In this document: positions 49,884 to 62,083 of the stretch, in pieces | Position numbering within the stretch: the first letter of the stretch is position 1 | Layout of the letters: every line of letters starts with the position of its first letter | Assembly (NCBI GenBank): GCA_047495785.1 | Contig: JBLDXI010000004.1 | Location: forward strand, 806,001-870,000 | DNA length: 64,000 nucleotides | Reading direction: 5' to 3' | Source: Lepidodermella squamata | Lineage: Eukaryota > Animalia > Gastrotricha | The notes under the pieces: generated by a model | What the model saw: the letters and a program-made list of their open reading frames with translations, nothing else | Database searches by the model: none | What the model was told of the DNA's origin: nothing | Translations under genes and position numbers: made by a program

Positions 49884-50437
49884 GTGAATAAGAATCTAAA
49901 CTGGACATGGAAAGGTAATTACAACATACAACCATTGTTCTGCAACTAAGCTTCATCAGCAAAATAGCAACGTTTATTCTGAAACAGCGAACAGAAATTT
50001 CGGAATTCAAGTCTATAAATGTTAAATTGAAATTCAGACAATAATATTGTCGAAACAGACCAATTCTCAATTCTCAAAAAACACGCATGAGGTTGGTCTT
50101 TATCAGCCAGAAATTGTCATTTCAAGTTTATTTTAAAAAATTTCTCGTCCTAATTCTGCTAATGGCCTGATTTACGCTAAGAATTGTCATTTGGGACAAT
50201 TTGTATTTCTTGGACTTTTAAGATTGAGGTCAATTTTCCTATTTCACTCTAATTTATTGTCTAATGCATTGTGATTTTTTTTGCCCCCCGCGTTTCGGCA
50301 ACCATTAATTGGCCAAGTGTGCTTCAAGCCAACACACGGCGAAAAAGTCACGTAAAAATCTCAAATCATTCATTCAACTTTTCAGCTTATAACAATTCAT
50401 TTTTGCTTTTGAATCTTTGGAACAGATTTTCTTTTTG
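49884..50437. promoter_or_regulatory. Probable bidirectional promoter between divergent genes C and D1
   Basis: 554-nt head-to-head gap; blocks conserved with 21627-23216 and ~53750-54100 (GCCTGATTTAC, TTATTGTC.AA.GCATTGT, CCGCGTTTC, TCATTCATTC). Confidence 0.55.
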
Positions 50438-53208
50438 ATGTCAATCAAGTTTATCACTCTGGTTTTGGTGGTCGCTTTGGTGGGCCCAACCTGTTGTAAA
50501 AAGAAGGCGGTTAACTGGGTGCGTTGCTTCTCGCAGTTGAATGAACAATTCACCACCTGCGTCGAAGCTGCCCAAGCCTGTAGTCCACTTCAAGAATTTC
50601 AGGTAATTTCGTCTCGAAATTCAGTTTTTATACTGCAGTGATTTAATTTCGTAGTTGGGGCCAATTTTCTTCCGATCTGGCAGCTGCTATCGCGGTGTAA
50701 GATAATTTTCTAGTTAATTGTTTATTTTATTTTCGAATTATTTCTTAACAGAATAGTCGGATGTGTTACAAATACGAAGCGCTAACGCCGTCATGCCTGC
50801 CTGGAAACATCGGCTGTAACTCGCAAGATGAAATGAATGTGAGTGCTCGATTTTTATTGCTTCCTTTCACTTCGATGTTAGAAAAATTTAAAATTATTTC
50901 TAATTTACTGAACCGATTATGTGTTATTTTTGTGTTTATCGTTTCAGCTCTTTTGGTTCGCAGACCAATCGGCGACTTTGAGTTTCAAATCCAACTTCAA
51001 TGCTTGCGTGGCCAAAAAATTTGCATTCAGCGTAAGTAATTATTACCTGAGATGCAGCATATTTTCAAATAAAATTTAATCCTCTATTTCAGAATTTACC
51101 ATTCAGGCGATGCACATCAAACAACGTAACGAGAACTTGCGTGCCCACTCCTTTCAATTGCCCCAACAATTGGGTAAATTTGATTGTAGTATTTCAATTT
51201 TGTGTATTTTTAATGCTGTTTTTAACAGGTTACTGAACCCACTGTATATCCGAATATGGCTTTGTGCGTCAACGGAGAAGGTAAGCATTGATATTAATTG
51301 AGTCAAAATCCCTAGTAGTAGATTATCTAACGAGTTCACCTCACTTATCGTTCCCGATACCTTATTCAATTTAAAAATTGCTGTGAAAATCAGCGAGAAG
51401 TACCGCGCCATGAATTCTGAGGAATTAAACATGTGATTTGTATTTCTTGCGTCTAGTCACTGTTCCGATCACCGAGACTCCGCACATTCGCTGTTTCGAT
51501 GCTACGCCTGGCAAGTTCAACGATTGCCGGCCCCGGAGCAGTGGCTGTTTAAGCAGCAACGAGACTCAGAAATACTCGACAAGTGTCTACAACAACCGTG
51601 ACAACTGTCTCCTTGGGGTGAGTCACTTTTGTTGTTTCTGTTTCTTAATCAAAATAGCGTTGAACCACTGACAGAAAGCGATTCGGTGCTTGGATTCTGC
51701 TGGAAACAAGTCTTGCTACGCGATTTGCCCGCGATCCTTCACTCAGGTTAATTTTTGTCCTAATCACGAATGTTTCAACTCTTTATAGGACACGCTGTAT
51801 TCCAACAGTCAAAGTTTCCAAGCCAACCATGACGATTGTCGAGCTGCCTTGGCTCCTCCAGTGAGTTCAGAAATATATATTTATGAACAACTCATCAATA
51901 TGGGAAAAGGGAAAACATATGAACTTTCATATGTTCTATACTTCAATTCGAACCTTATTCCAAGCGTTCAGTACTGATTTGGCGCATAGAAATTCTTCCA
52001 AAAGCTTCACAAACTTATCATGTTTTTTGAATATATAACGAGGAAATCCTGAGAAGGCTCCGACTTTGAGATGAGCTTCATTTTCTGTGTTACATAGGGA
52101 TAGTATCAGTTAGTGTAAATTAATTGATTACGACAATCAGAGAATTATACTATATTTTTCAATTCCAGCAGGTTACGCCCGGCTATGTTCGCTGTGTTAA
52201 CAAAAACGACAGCTCAGTTCGATGCGTGACGAGCACTACAGGCTGCGATGCCGCCACGGAAGATCGAATCCCGAATTATCGCCGTTTCAACGATCAAGTC
52301 AAGTGCGCGAAAGCCGTTAAGAGATTCGTGATCCAGGCGACGAATGCGAACCGCGATCAAAGCCAAGCAGCTTGCCAATCGATCAGTGGCTCGCTGGCCA
52401 TTCTCAAATACGGCTCGATACTGGCGGACGAGACTAGGCAAGAGCTGGATCTAGCAATCAAAACACTGGACGAGAGCGGATTACAGGCAAACGGTCCGGT
52501 ATCTGCTTGGTTGGGTCTCAGTCGGGAGAATGGCGTTTTGACTTGGATAGATGGTACTAACTTCACCTACGACGAGGAGCTGTGGGAGGCCGAACCGCAA
52601 GATGGCTGCGTTGCCTTCGTTTCCACTGATGATGCGGAAGCTTCGCAACAATACGTCTACAATTCATTCGCTTGCAACACCATCATGCCTCATGCCTTAT
52701 GCGAGAGATACGCCAATGAACCACCTGTAAGTTTACTTCTTTGCTTCACTGGGAATCTTTTTCAATTATGTTGATGTATTTTTTTTGATAGCGTAACAAG
52801 ACGTTCCACGGTCAACCTGCTCTCACCACAGGCAGCATAAATATCACCAGAGCGAGATCGGATTGCCGTCAACTAGCGCCGTTATCGCGATTGGCCATAA
52901 TAGCGAACTCCACCGAAGCTCAGGCTGTTTACAACGAGATGCTGGAAAATGGGGCGACAGAAAGCTACATCGATCTAACGGAGACCAACGGCCAGTGGGT
53001 GTGGGGTGATGGCTCGGCCTATGCTGCTGTACCGCCCTGGGCGTCGGGTTCGCCTGACACGCAGCTGTTGGATTGCCGAATCGCTATCGCAACCATCGAA
53101 TCTGGCGTTTTGGTACTAAAGGACAGGCCGTGTGATCAGTTTTACGAGGTCCAACTCATGTGTCAAAGTTTCGACTCTTGGGACACTGTTGAGTACGAAT
53201 GGATTTAG
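50438..53208 (+). CDS. Subtype D gene D1, apparently intact: secreted, 6 four-Cys repeats + 2 CTLDs, 596 aa, 11 exons
   Basis: Exons 50438-50602, 50655-50696, 50752-50838, 50948-51031, 51093-51173, 51229-51280, 51457-51617, 51675-51746, 51789-51860, 52169-52726, 52792-53208. All GT-AG with an open frame; AATAAA at ~53292. Confidence 0.9.
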
Positions 53209-54102
53209 AGACAACTGAAAAAATGCAGTACATGTGAGTTTGCGAGAGATGAGAAAAAAGTGTACTGTGAGTTCCCTGGCTAAATTTAAAGAATAAAATT
53301 GGAAAAGCGAATCCTATTTTTGATGGTTTCAATTATTCAGGTTTCAGGTTCGTATAAATATGTGCAATGTGCGCATCAATAAACCACCTGCGCATAAATG
53401 GCTCTCGAGCGAAAACTAGTATGAGTAGGATGAGTCAGTCATTGTTTGTTAGTGGTTCCTGTGAGTAATTCAGGAGTTTTCAGGAAATAAAAAGTTATGT
53501 AACAGCAAATGAACCCAAGCAGAACAGTGTTTTCAAAGTATGCAAGAGAATTTCACGCCAAATTTCGATATTCAAATTATAAGGAAATCGAGTTGGCATT
53601 TCAACATTCGCAAAGCGAGCGAATTCCGATTCGTAGCAGAGACTGTTTCAGCAACAACGTGACCCAGACATACTCGAGTAATGTTACCTTAAACGCGACA
53701 ACCGGAATAAATTCGGACATTTTGGACATTCCTCATCGACAGATCATTTGACAAAGGTCGAGGTCATATGACAATGATTTTAAATCGCAAATTACGCTCG
53801 GCCAATGGAAAGGCATTTTCCCGTGCGAATTCTCCGATGGTGACCTGATTAGCGCCAATAATTGTCGCCCGTTTATTTCTTATATTTTTGTATTTTCGGA
53901 CATTTTAAAATATCAAGGTCAGGTCGAGTGTTATTATTGTCAATCGACGCCAAATTTATTGTCCAAGGGATTGTGCTCAATATTATCTCTGAAAGCCGCG
54001 TTTCAGAGACTAATAATTGATTGAATAAAAAAACAGCCCTCATTCATTCGAATTTCCATTTAGAATACTAATTCTATTTAGGTTGGATCTTAAGTTTTTC
54101 TG

Positions 54103-57100
54103 ATGTTAAGTATCAAATATATTGTCCTGCTGCTGGCAATCTCTGTGATTGGCCCAGTCGGCTGTGGTCGAAAGAAGGCTCTCAACTGGGTTCGTTGCTT
54201 CTCGCAGTTGAATGAACAATTCACCGACTGCATCGAAGCTGCCAAAGCCTGTAATCCACTGCAAGATTTTCAGGTGATTTTTCATCTCAATATTCTAATT
54301 CATTTTTATGTGAGCTTAATTTTTCAGTTGGGGCCAATTTTCTTACGAGCTGGCAGCTGCTATCGCGGAGTGAGAAAATTTCATAATTCACTTTTAAAAG
54401 ACATTGGAAAAAATCAATTTTGAAAAAATATTTTTTTGAATTCCAGAACAGTCGAATGTGTTACAAATACGAAGCGCTGACCCCGTCGTGCGTACCTGGA
54501 AACATTGGCTGTAACGCGCAGGATGAAATGAATGTGTGTTATAGATTTTGTTGATGAGCAATTTTCAATTTCTGTCGAAACAAAAGAATTTGGGCAGTTT
54601 CATTTTTGGTTTAACTTTTCAGCTCTTTTGGTTCGCAAATCAATCGACGACGTTGACTTTCAAATCCAACTTCAATGAATGTGTGGCCAAGAAAACCGCT
54701 TTCAGCGTAATTTTTCCAGCTACAATTCCTCGTACTTGGGAATTCCACTCAACCCTTTTTTTAGAATCTACCTTTCCGGCGCTGCACTTCAAACAACGTA
54801 ACAAAAACTTGCGTTCCTGTTCCATTCAATTGCCCAAACAACTGGGTATTGTTCTCTTCGAACCCTTTTAACCCTTTTAATGTTGGTTTTAACAGATGAC
54901 TCAACCATTGGTATATCCGAGCATGGCTTTGTGCACTAACGGTGAAAGTAAGCAGCGATTACGTCGAAGCTCTTCGTTCTTGGGATTGAATTATCAAGGG
55001 ATTTCAAGTTATTTGCTAGTTTACATATCGGAATCGTTGAAAATTGCCAAGAAATAGGCTGTAGTTCGCCATCTTTGATAACAGCTTCATTCTCCCAATT
55101 TTAATCTCATTCTACTAAATTTGCAACGAATTTCGGAAATAAATGGGACAAGGTGCAAAGAGGTTTAAAAGTTGAAATTTATGGAATTCAGCATTAATTT
55201 TCGTAATTAATTTTATTAATTTTAATTTTTAATTTTCCCTTTATGACTTTTAAGTAATTTCGCACCATCAGATAATTACCACTGTCGGCCTGCGGCCTTT
55301 GACAGTTGACGGGGAACTCCGTGACTTTCTCGAACACGTGGGCACGTGTGACCTTGAACATGCCTAACCTAAGACCTAAGTATAACTTTCTTGCACATCC
55401 GTGACTTGCTGCCCAGCTTTGCGCATAACCATGTATCGTGTCACCCATGCGCGACGACGGCGACGACGGGATGGAGATGCTCATTCATTTGAGAGTCATT
55501 CCGTAAGCGCCACCTACACTTATTGGCATCAGGGTCCACATCACGCAGGCCGAGCTGTTATTCGAGATGGACTTGCAAGTTAATGTATCGTTGCTCAGGT
55601 GGGCTTCAATTCGAGCTACAAATCACCAATTTGAATATCTACGTGGTAGTAACATTTGCTTGTTATTCGGTAAAAATAGCGCACATGCATAGCGCATAGC
55701 GTAAAAGTTTTTACGAAAACGTGAGCGGGTCTGGGAATGTGCTATTGCCGTTAGTCTCAGGTCAAATAAAGTTGCCAGTCGTACATGCTAAAATAGTACG
55801 AATTGCATATGCACGGGAACTTTTCATTGGAGGATTGAAAACAGGTGATAAACGATTTATGACGCCATGTCACGAGAGTCAGCATGTCATCGGATGCTGC
55901 GCGTTGATGTCGTGCGCACAACGCGGTTATCGACAGCGGCACAGTGCACGCGGCATCGGTTGGCGCTGTAGTATTTTACCGTGTAGATTCGTCGTCTGAT
56001 GTTTGTGCTGTACGAATAGCACGTTACATGGAGAGCGTGAAGATGGCGTGAAGATTTTCGCACGTCGCCGTGTGGCAATCTTGAACACGCCTTTTACATC
56101 CTTCTTCAGTAATAACAATAAGCAATAGTCGATGGTTGTGAGACAGTTGGACAGTCTGTTTTTTTACGTACACCACTATCCTCCTTCACGATACACCTAA
56201 CAACGGAATACAGCCTGCATGGGGTAACTGTGGCTACACCGCTATTTTTGATAGGTACCCCACTATCCTCCTTGACGACCGACAGACCGACAGACGGAAC
56301 ACGGCCTACGACAACGGCAGTTCCCCGTCATTTCGTTTCAGTATCGCACTAGTAGCATTCCTAAGAAATTTCTGAGAATGTCAGCCAAAATCAGCTGAAT
56401 AATGAAAATATTTTCATTTCCTGTTATAGTAACTGTCCCAATCACCGAGACTCCGCACAATCGCTGTTTCGATGCTACGCCTGGCAAGTTCAACGATTGC
56501 CGGCCCCAGAGCAGCGGCTGTTTCAGCAACAACGAGACCCAGAAATACTCGACAAGCGTTTACAACAACCGAGTCAACTGTCTCCTTGGGGTGAGACACC
56601 TTTGTTGTTTCTATTTCTTAATGAAAATAGTATTGAACCACTGACAGAAAGCTATTCGGTGCTTCGATTCTGCTGGAAACAAGTCATGTTACGCAATTTG
56701 CCCGCGATCTTTTACTCAGGTTATTTTCCGGGATAACAGGGCATTTTTCCTCATTACAAATTTGTAACTAAATAGGACACGCTGTATTCGAGCAGTCAAA
56801 GCTTCCAAGTCAATCATGACGCTTGTCGAGCTGCCTTGGCACCGCCTGTGAGTTCAAAAACTAATTTTTTGATGGCGCTTGTAAATGATTAATTTTTGAA
56901 CATTTAAAGTGGCTATTTTTCGGCAAAAATCAATAGTTAACCAGATATTTTATGATTATTAACCAAGGGAAGCTTACGAATTCTGCGCTTTCCATAGGCC
57001 TCAAAGCTCACTGAATAAACACGATTGTAACAAATAAGCGTTAGTCTTTAGTTACTTGGTAGTTATTCAGGAACAATAAATTGAAAAATTTAAGAGATTT

Positions 57101-58407
57101 GTTGCTATATTTCTTCTGTATTTCTTCAGGTTTTGACTAGCTTCGTTCGTTGCGTTAACAAAATCGACAGTTCGGTTCGATGCGTGCAGACAGATTGCGA
57201 TGCAGCCACCGAAGATCGCATCCCGAATTATCGTCGTTTTGATGACCAGGAAAAATGTGTCAGAGCTGTGAAGAGATTCGTAATCCAGGCCACAAATGCA
57301 AATCGCGATCAAAGCCAAGCTGCTTGCCAATCGATTGGAGGCACGCTTGCAGTGCTAAAGTACGGCTCGCCGCTGACGTACGATAATAGTGAAGAGGTGG
57401 ATCTATCCATTGAAGCACTGAAAGCGGGCGAGAATGTAAGAAATTGAAAAAACCAATTTTATGACTTTATTTATTTATTTATTTTTTATTTATTTTATTT
57501 ATATTTGACTTGCAATTATCGCACTTGCGATATGACGATACGACATCGATAATTCAACAGAGCGGACTACCGGCTCCAATATCTGCTTGGTTGGGTCTCA
57601 GTCGAGAGAATGGCGTCATGGCGTGGATGGATGGTTCAAACTTCACCTACGACCAGCAGCTGTGGGAGACGCAACCGCAAGACGGCTGTGTTGCCTTTGT
57701 AAAGGCTCAATCAGAGGAAGCCGAGAAAGAGTTCGTCTACAATTCATACGCTTGCGACACCATTATGCCTTACGCGCTATGCGAGAGATACGCCGTCGGC
57801 CCACCTGTGAGTTTTCACGAGCAATTTTCCAATTTACCAATTCGGCATCTTTGACATGAAAGCATATAAAAGAATTCTGTCTGTTTTTTGGGCTAAATAA
57901 TTCATACGACTTTTTTATGACAGCGTAACAAGACGTTCCACGGAGTAATGAGCTGGAGCCCTGGCGCGACAACGATCGACAGTGCAAGATCTCTTTGCCT
58001 TGTAATAAAGAAGTTGACGCGACTGGCCATAATAGCTAATGCTTCTGAAGCTCAAGCTGTTTACGACGAGATGTTAGGAAATGAGGTACTGATGAAGGGT
58101 TTGGATACAAAGTTTGAATTAAAAGTGTTTTATTTTTTCGAAATATGGACCGATGACAGAAAGCTACATCGATCTAACGGAGACGAACGGCCAGTGGGTG
58201 TGGGGCGATGGTTCGGCCTATGCTGGCGTACCGCCCTGGGCGTCAGGATCTCCCGACACGCAGCAGTTGAATTGCCGAATCGCTATTGCAACTATCGAAT
58301 CCGGCGCCTTGGTACTGAGGGACAGGCCGTGTGATCAGTTTTACGAGGTGCAACTCGTGTGTCAGAGTTACGAATATTGGGCACCCGTTGAGTATGAATG
58401 GATTTAG
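54103..58407 (+). CDS. Subtype D gene D2, 6 repeats + 2 CTLDs, with two extra introns in the CTLD exons
   Basis: MLSIKYIVLLLAISVIGPVGCGRKKALNWVRCFSQ... colinear with D1. Extra introns at 57436-57560 and ~58086/58099-58152/58159; ends WAPVEYEWI-stop. Confidence 0.8.
55281..56330 (-). mobile_element. HINE/DINE-1-like non-autonomous Helentron derivative in D2 intron 6
   Basis: 12-bp inverted repeats TGACGGGGAACT (55307) / AGTTCCCCGTCA (56319-56330); hairpin ACTGTC-GGCC-TGC-GGCC-TTT-GACAGT outside one of them; GTCT/GTCG microsatellite next to the other. Absent from the equivalent D1 intron. Confidence 0.65.
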
Positions 58408-59214
58408 AGTAAATTTCCTGATTAAATGAGATAATGAGAAGTGAGAAAGACTTGTACTGTCATATTGTGAGTCGTTCAGCCAGCTTTTAAAATAAAATAG
58501 GAACTTCTAAGGATTCGATTAAATTCAGGTTCGTAAAAGCATTAATCGATTAGATAATTGATTCGGCAATTTTATCCATCATTTTGCTGATTAAATAGGT
58601 GAATCGAAAGCAAAGAATCGAAGAATAAAAACAGAAAACAGTCTGGAACATTCAGAAAGAATGGCCTCAATGATAATCAAAAGAAAAAAAATTGAATATT
58701 TTCTCGGCAGGTTAATTTAATAAATTATTGGTTAAATTTTGCAAATGAAATTTTGAAATTAATCAACTGTTTCAACTAGCTGATTAATAGTTTCTGAGTA
58801 CGGGAATCGACAATTTTAATGTAAATAATCAACATAGTCAGCTATATTCGCAATAATTTGGAAGTAAACTTTTTTTTAAATTGTTGAGGCAGTTCTTGTC
58901 AGGCAAGGTGCTGGCATTTTCTTCACAATTTTATAGAAAATTGGCCTTTTGCTGTGTAAACAAGACTTTGAGCCCCTAATCCGGCCGGTTTATACCACCA
59001 GTCCGTTTTAGACAATAACATTATAATGTAAAGTCCACACTTTCGAGCCACCCGAAATCGTCCGATTTAGACCGGTCCGGTTTGAAAAACTTTCACTGTA
59101 AATAGAAAATCTATTCACGGATCAGATAACTCATTATTTATTTCACTTAGAATATCGTATCATTTTCACATCGTCTTCCAACTCACTTCACGGTACATTC
59201 TTTCTAGATAACAA

Positions 59215-61121
59215 TCACGAAAACTTCTCGCACAAGACTTGATGCGTTCTATCTGTGCAGGAGTACGCTTCAAAGTAAAATCCGGATAGGTTCTCGGTAT
59301 AATGAATACCAGCGCAGCCATCAGGGTTCAGTCCAAGCCACTTCGATTGAGCGTACGGAGCATCAGAGCCATCGTCCCATTTGAGAGCACCGTTTTGCCG
59401 GACAAGAGCGACCCAAACATAAAAGCTTGGGTCCAGCACTTGCAAGGCCGCAGCCATCTCAGCGCCTGACCGAATCGTCGCTATCGCAGCATTCTTTTCA
59501 ATGCATTTCAACGTGGCGTCGATTTTGTTGCCTCCGTCTTTACCAAGGTCCTCCATCGAGTAACTCTTGACAACAGCCTTGCAACTGTCTTCGGTCGTAT
59601 AGGCGACATCGGCCGGCCTTCTCAGCTGGGTTGCCGCATTGCAGCCTGTTTACTCGGTTACGCAATGAGCCGTCCCGTCACTAACGTCGACGCAGCGGAA
59701 GTAAACAGACTTTAAAATATGCAAAAGTAAATTTCGACAGTACTGTAACATAGGAACAAATATAATTGATAGCTAACTCACAGGGGGCGATACATCCTTC
59801 ATACACTTGTCATGATTCAATTGAAAGGACTGTAAGCCGGAGAAAAGCTTGTCCTGTTATCGAAAAAACAAGTAAAAATCGTATACTTATTGCATCAACT
59901 GAACCGGGTTGACCGGGGATTTACCTGTGTTTGGTCTTGGGGACAGGTTGCGTAGCAAGACAGTCGTCCAGATGAATCCTCGCACGAAACGGCATTCTGT
60001 CAAACAAGACCAACTTTATCGATTACAATAACAGAAAATGAGTGACTTACTCCGAGCAGGCAAGTTGCACGGTTGATGTAGACTTTGTTGGAGTATAGCT
60101 GAGTCTCATTGCTGGCAAAACAGCCGGGGCTTTGCGGTCGACAGTCGTTGAATTTGCGAGATGTCGAGTCGAAACAGCGGACGTGAGGCTTTTCGCTAAC
60201 CGGAACTTTGACTGAAATTCATGAAAAGTCATTATAATCGCTGAGGACATCTTTGAAATTCAGACGCGATTTCACAATTTTCCCAAGGTTTCACACCCAT
60301 ATATAGCAGTATTAACGCACCTAATCCATTGGTACAAGACGTGAGATTGGGATACAAAGTTGAATCACTTGGCTGCTGGGGAAACTAATCAAAGAATCAA
60401 AGAATCAAATGAAAAACCATTCAAAAAGCTGAGAAATGGCTGACCCAGTTTTCAGGGCATTGGTATGGGTCGGGCACACAAGTTTTGATGACGGTTTCCG
60501 ACATACAGCGCCTAAATTTCAAATTCTGAAATGACATGATGTTATGCCAAACTTCCATTCAGTGTTTGAATTCTCACCTCGAATGCAGCTTTCTTTTTCT
60601 CGCATTCGTTGAGGTTGTTTCTCAAGCTGAACGGCGGCTTTGCGAGGTCAAACCAAAATGTCTGAAGCAATAGGTTTGATGGGGAATATCAATTGTTAAT
60701 GAAACTTCTTACATTCATATCACCTGGGTTGTTACAGCCGACGTTTCCAGGTACGCAAAATGGGGTTAGAGCCTCGTATTTGTAGCACATCCTGGCATTC
60801 TAGAGACAAAGTAAAATAAGAATAACAAAATATGCCAGCAAGGTGCTGATGGCTTAACAGACCCCGGTGTTGCAACTGCCGGTTGATCGGAAACTCGTTC
60901 CCCACTATTAGAAGAGGAACGCTTAAACTTTCTAGACCTGAAGAGAAATTTGATTCGTGGAAAACCTGGTAATCTTTGAGCGGATCACAGCCATCGGGTT
61001 CGCAGCTAGTGAATCGATTGCTCTGCTGCGAGAAGCATCGAGCCCAGTCACCCCCGTAAGCCGAGTCGCATGATGCCAGCATGAGTGCCAATAGCACAAC
61101 ATTACCGTGAAAACCAGTCAT
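59215..61121 (-). pseudogene. Subtype E copy E1 (6 repeats + 1 CTLD) with a single nonsense codon early in the last exon
   Basis: MTGFHGNVVLLALMLASCDSAYGGDWARCFSQQSNRFTSC... Ten exons in frame except TAA at 59650-59652 (Ser in E2). Confidence 0.82.
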
Positions 61122-62083
61122 TATATTGGGCGAATCTGGATGTGAAAATAACGAAAATTGCTTTGAAATTGAACGAAAAAATTTGAAAATCTGCTTAGAT
61201 TATAAAATATAACCTTTAGTCTGTATTCGATTTTTCAATGACATTTGTCGTCGTCCCGCATTTAAGTTGGACAATAATATTGTCCTGTCAGTTAATTATC
61301 AGGAAGGCGTCAGTTGAAATAATCGCGTGGCTATCTATCCGGTTCGTTTCGACAATAAAACAATTAGGAAAATTGTTATGTCCTAATTCTCGCGTATTCT
61401 TTAAATTTTAAATGACCTTTCAATAGTGACCTGATTTGCCCAAAAAATCGTCGTCAGTGATCTCGATTTGAGTTCAAATCAAGCGAAACACGAAACTCGA
61501 ATCAAACATTATTTTTACCCGAGCGCGCGTCATCACTAAGCTCCCTTTTACGCGAGGACTAAGGCCGAGGGGAGTCAATTAATCCGGAAAGTTAGTCTAC
61601 GGCAGTGGTGCGCGAACATTTCCATCTACCGGCGATTTTGGCGGCCGCGAGGTTACCAAACCGGCCGCAACACTATTGGCAACTCCAACCGGCCGCACTA
61701 CCAGATTATTTGTTCATGTCATCGGTCTCTCTCCGTTGTATCAGCTTGACAAAGTGGGAAACTGGTGATCTCACTCGAGAATAAGCAATCGATTTTCAGC
61801 CATAATTTTACATCATTTTACTCAAATCACCTCATAAAATTAGGGTGACTGGATTCATCGAAGGTATTCTCAAGCTGGGGGGCTCGAGAACGGGCCAAGA
61901 AAAATGTCTCGCTTTTCAAAGTGATTATTGAGGCATGGATTTATTTAAGGCAAGGTAAGACCTGACTTCATTTATATAGGTTTCATTAACACATCAGATA
62001 ATATGTCTTTCTTTCACTTCATAACACTCTTTTACATTGCCATTCAACTCACTTCACAACGTGGTTTACCAGAGATTTAACAA

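Noticed and set aside
50519-52320. GC...F/Y-x5-C ending of the repeats resembles the Kunitz C-terminus
   Set aside because: Only four Cys per unit, no FxYGGC motif, and different spacing.
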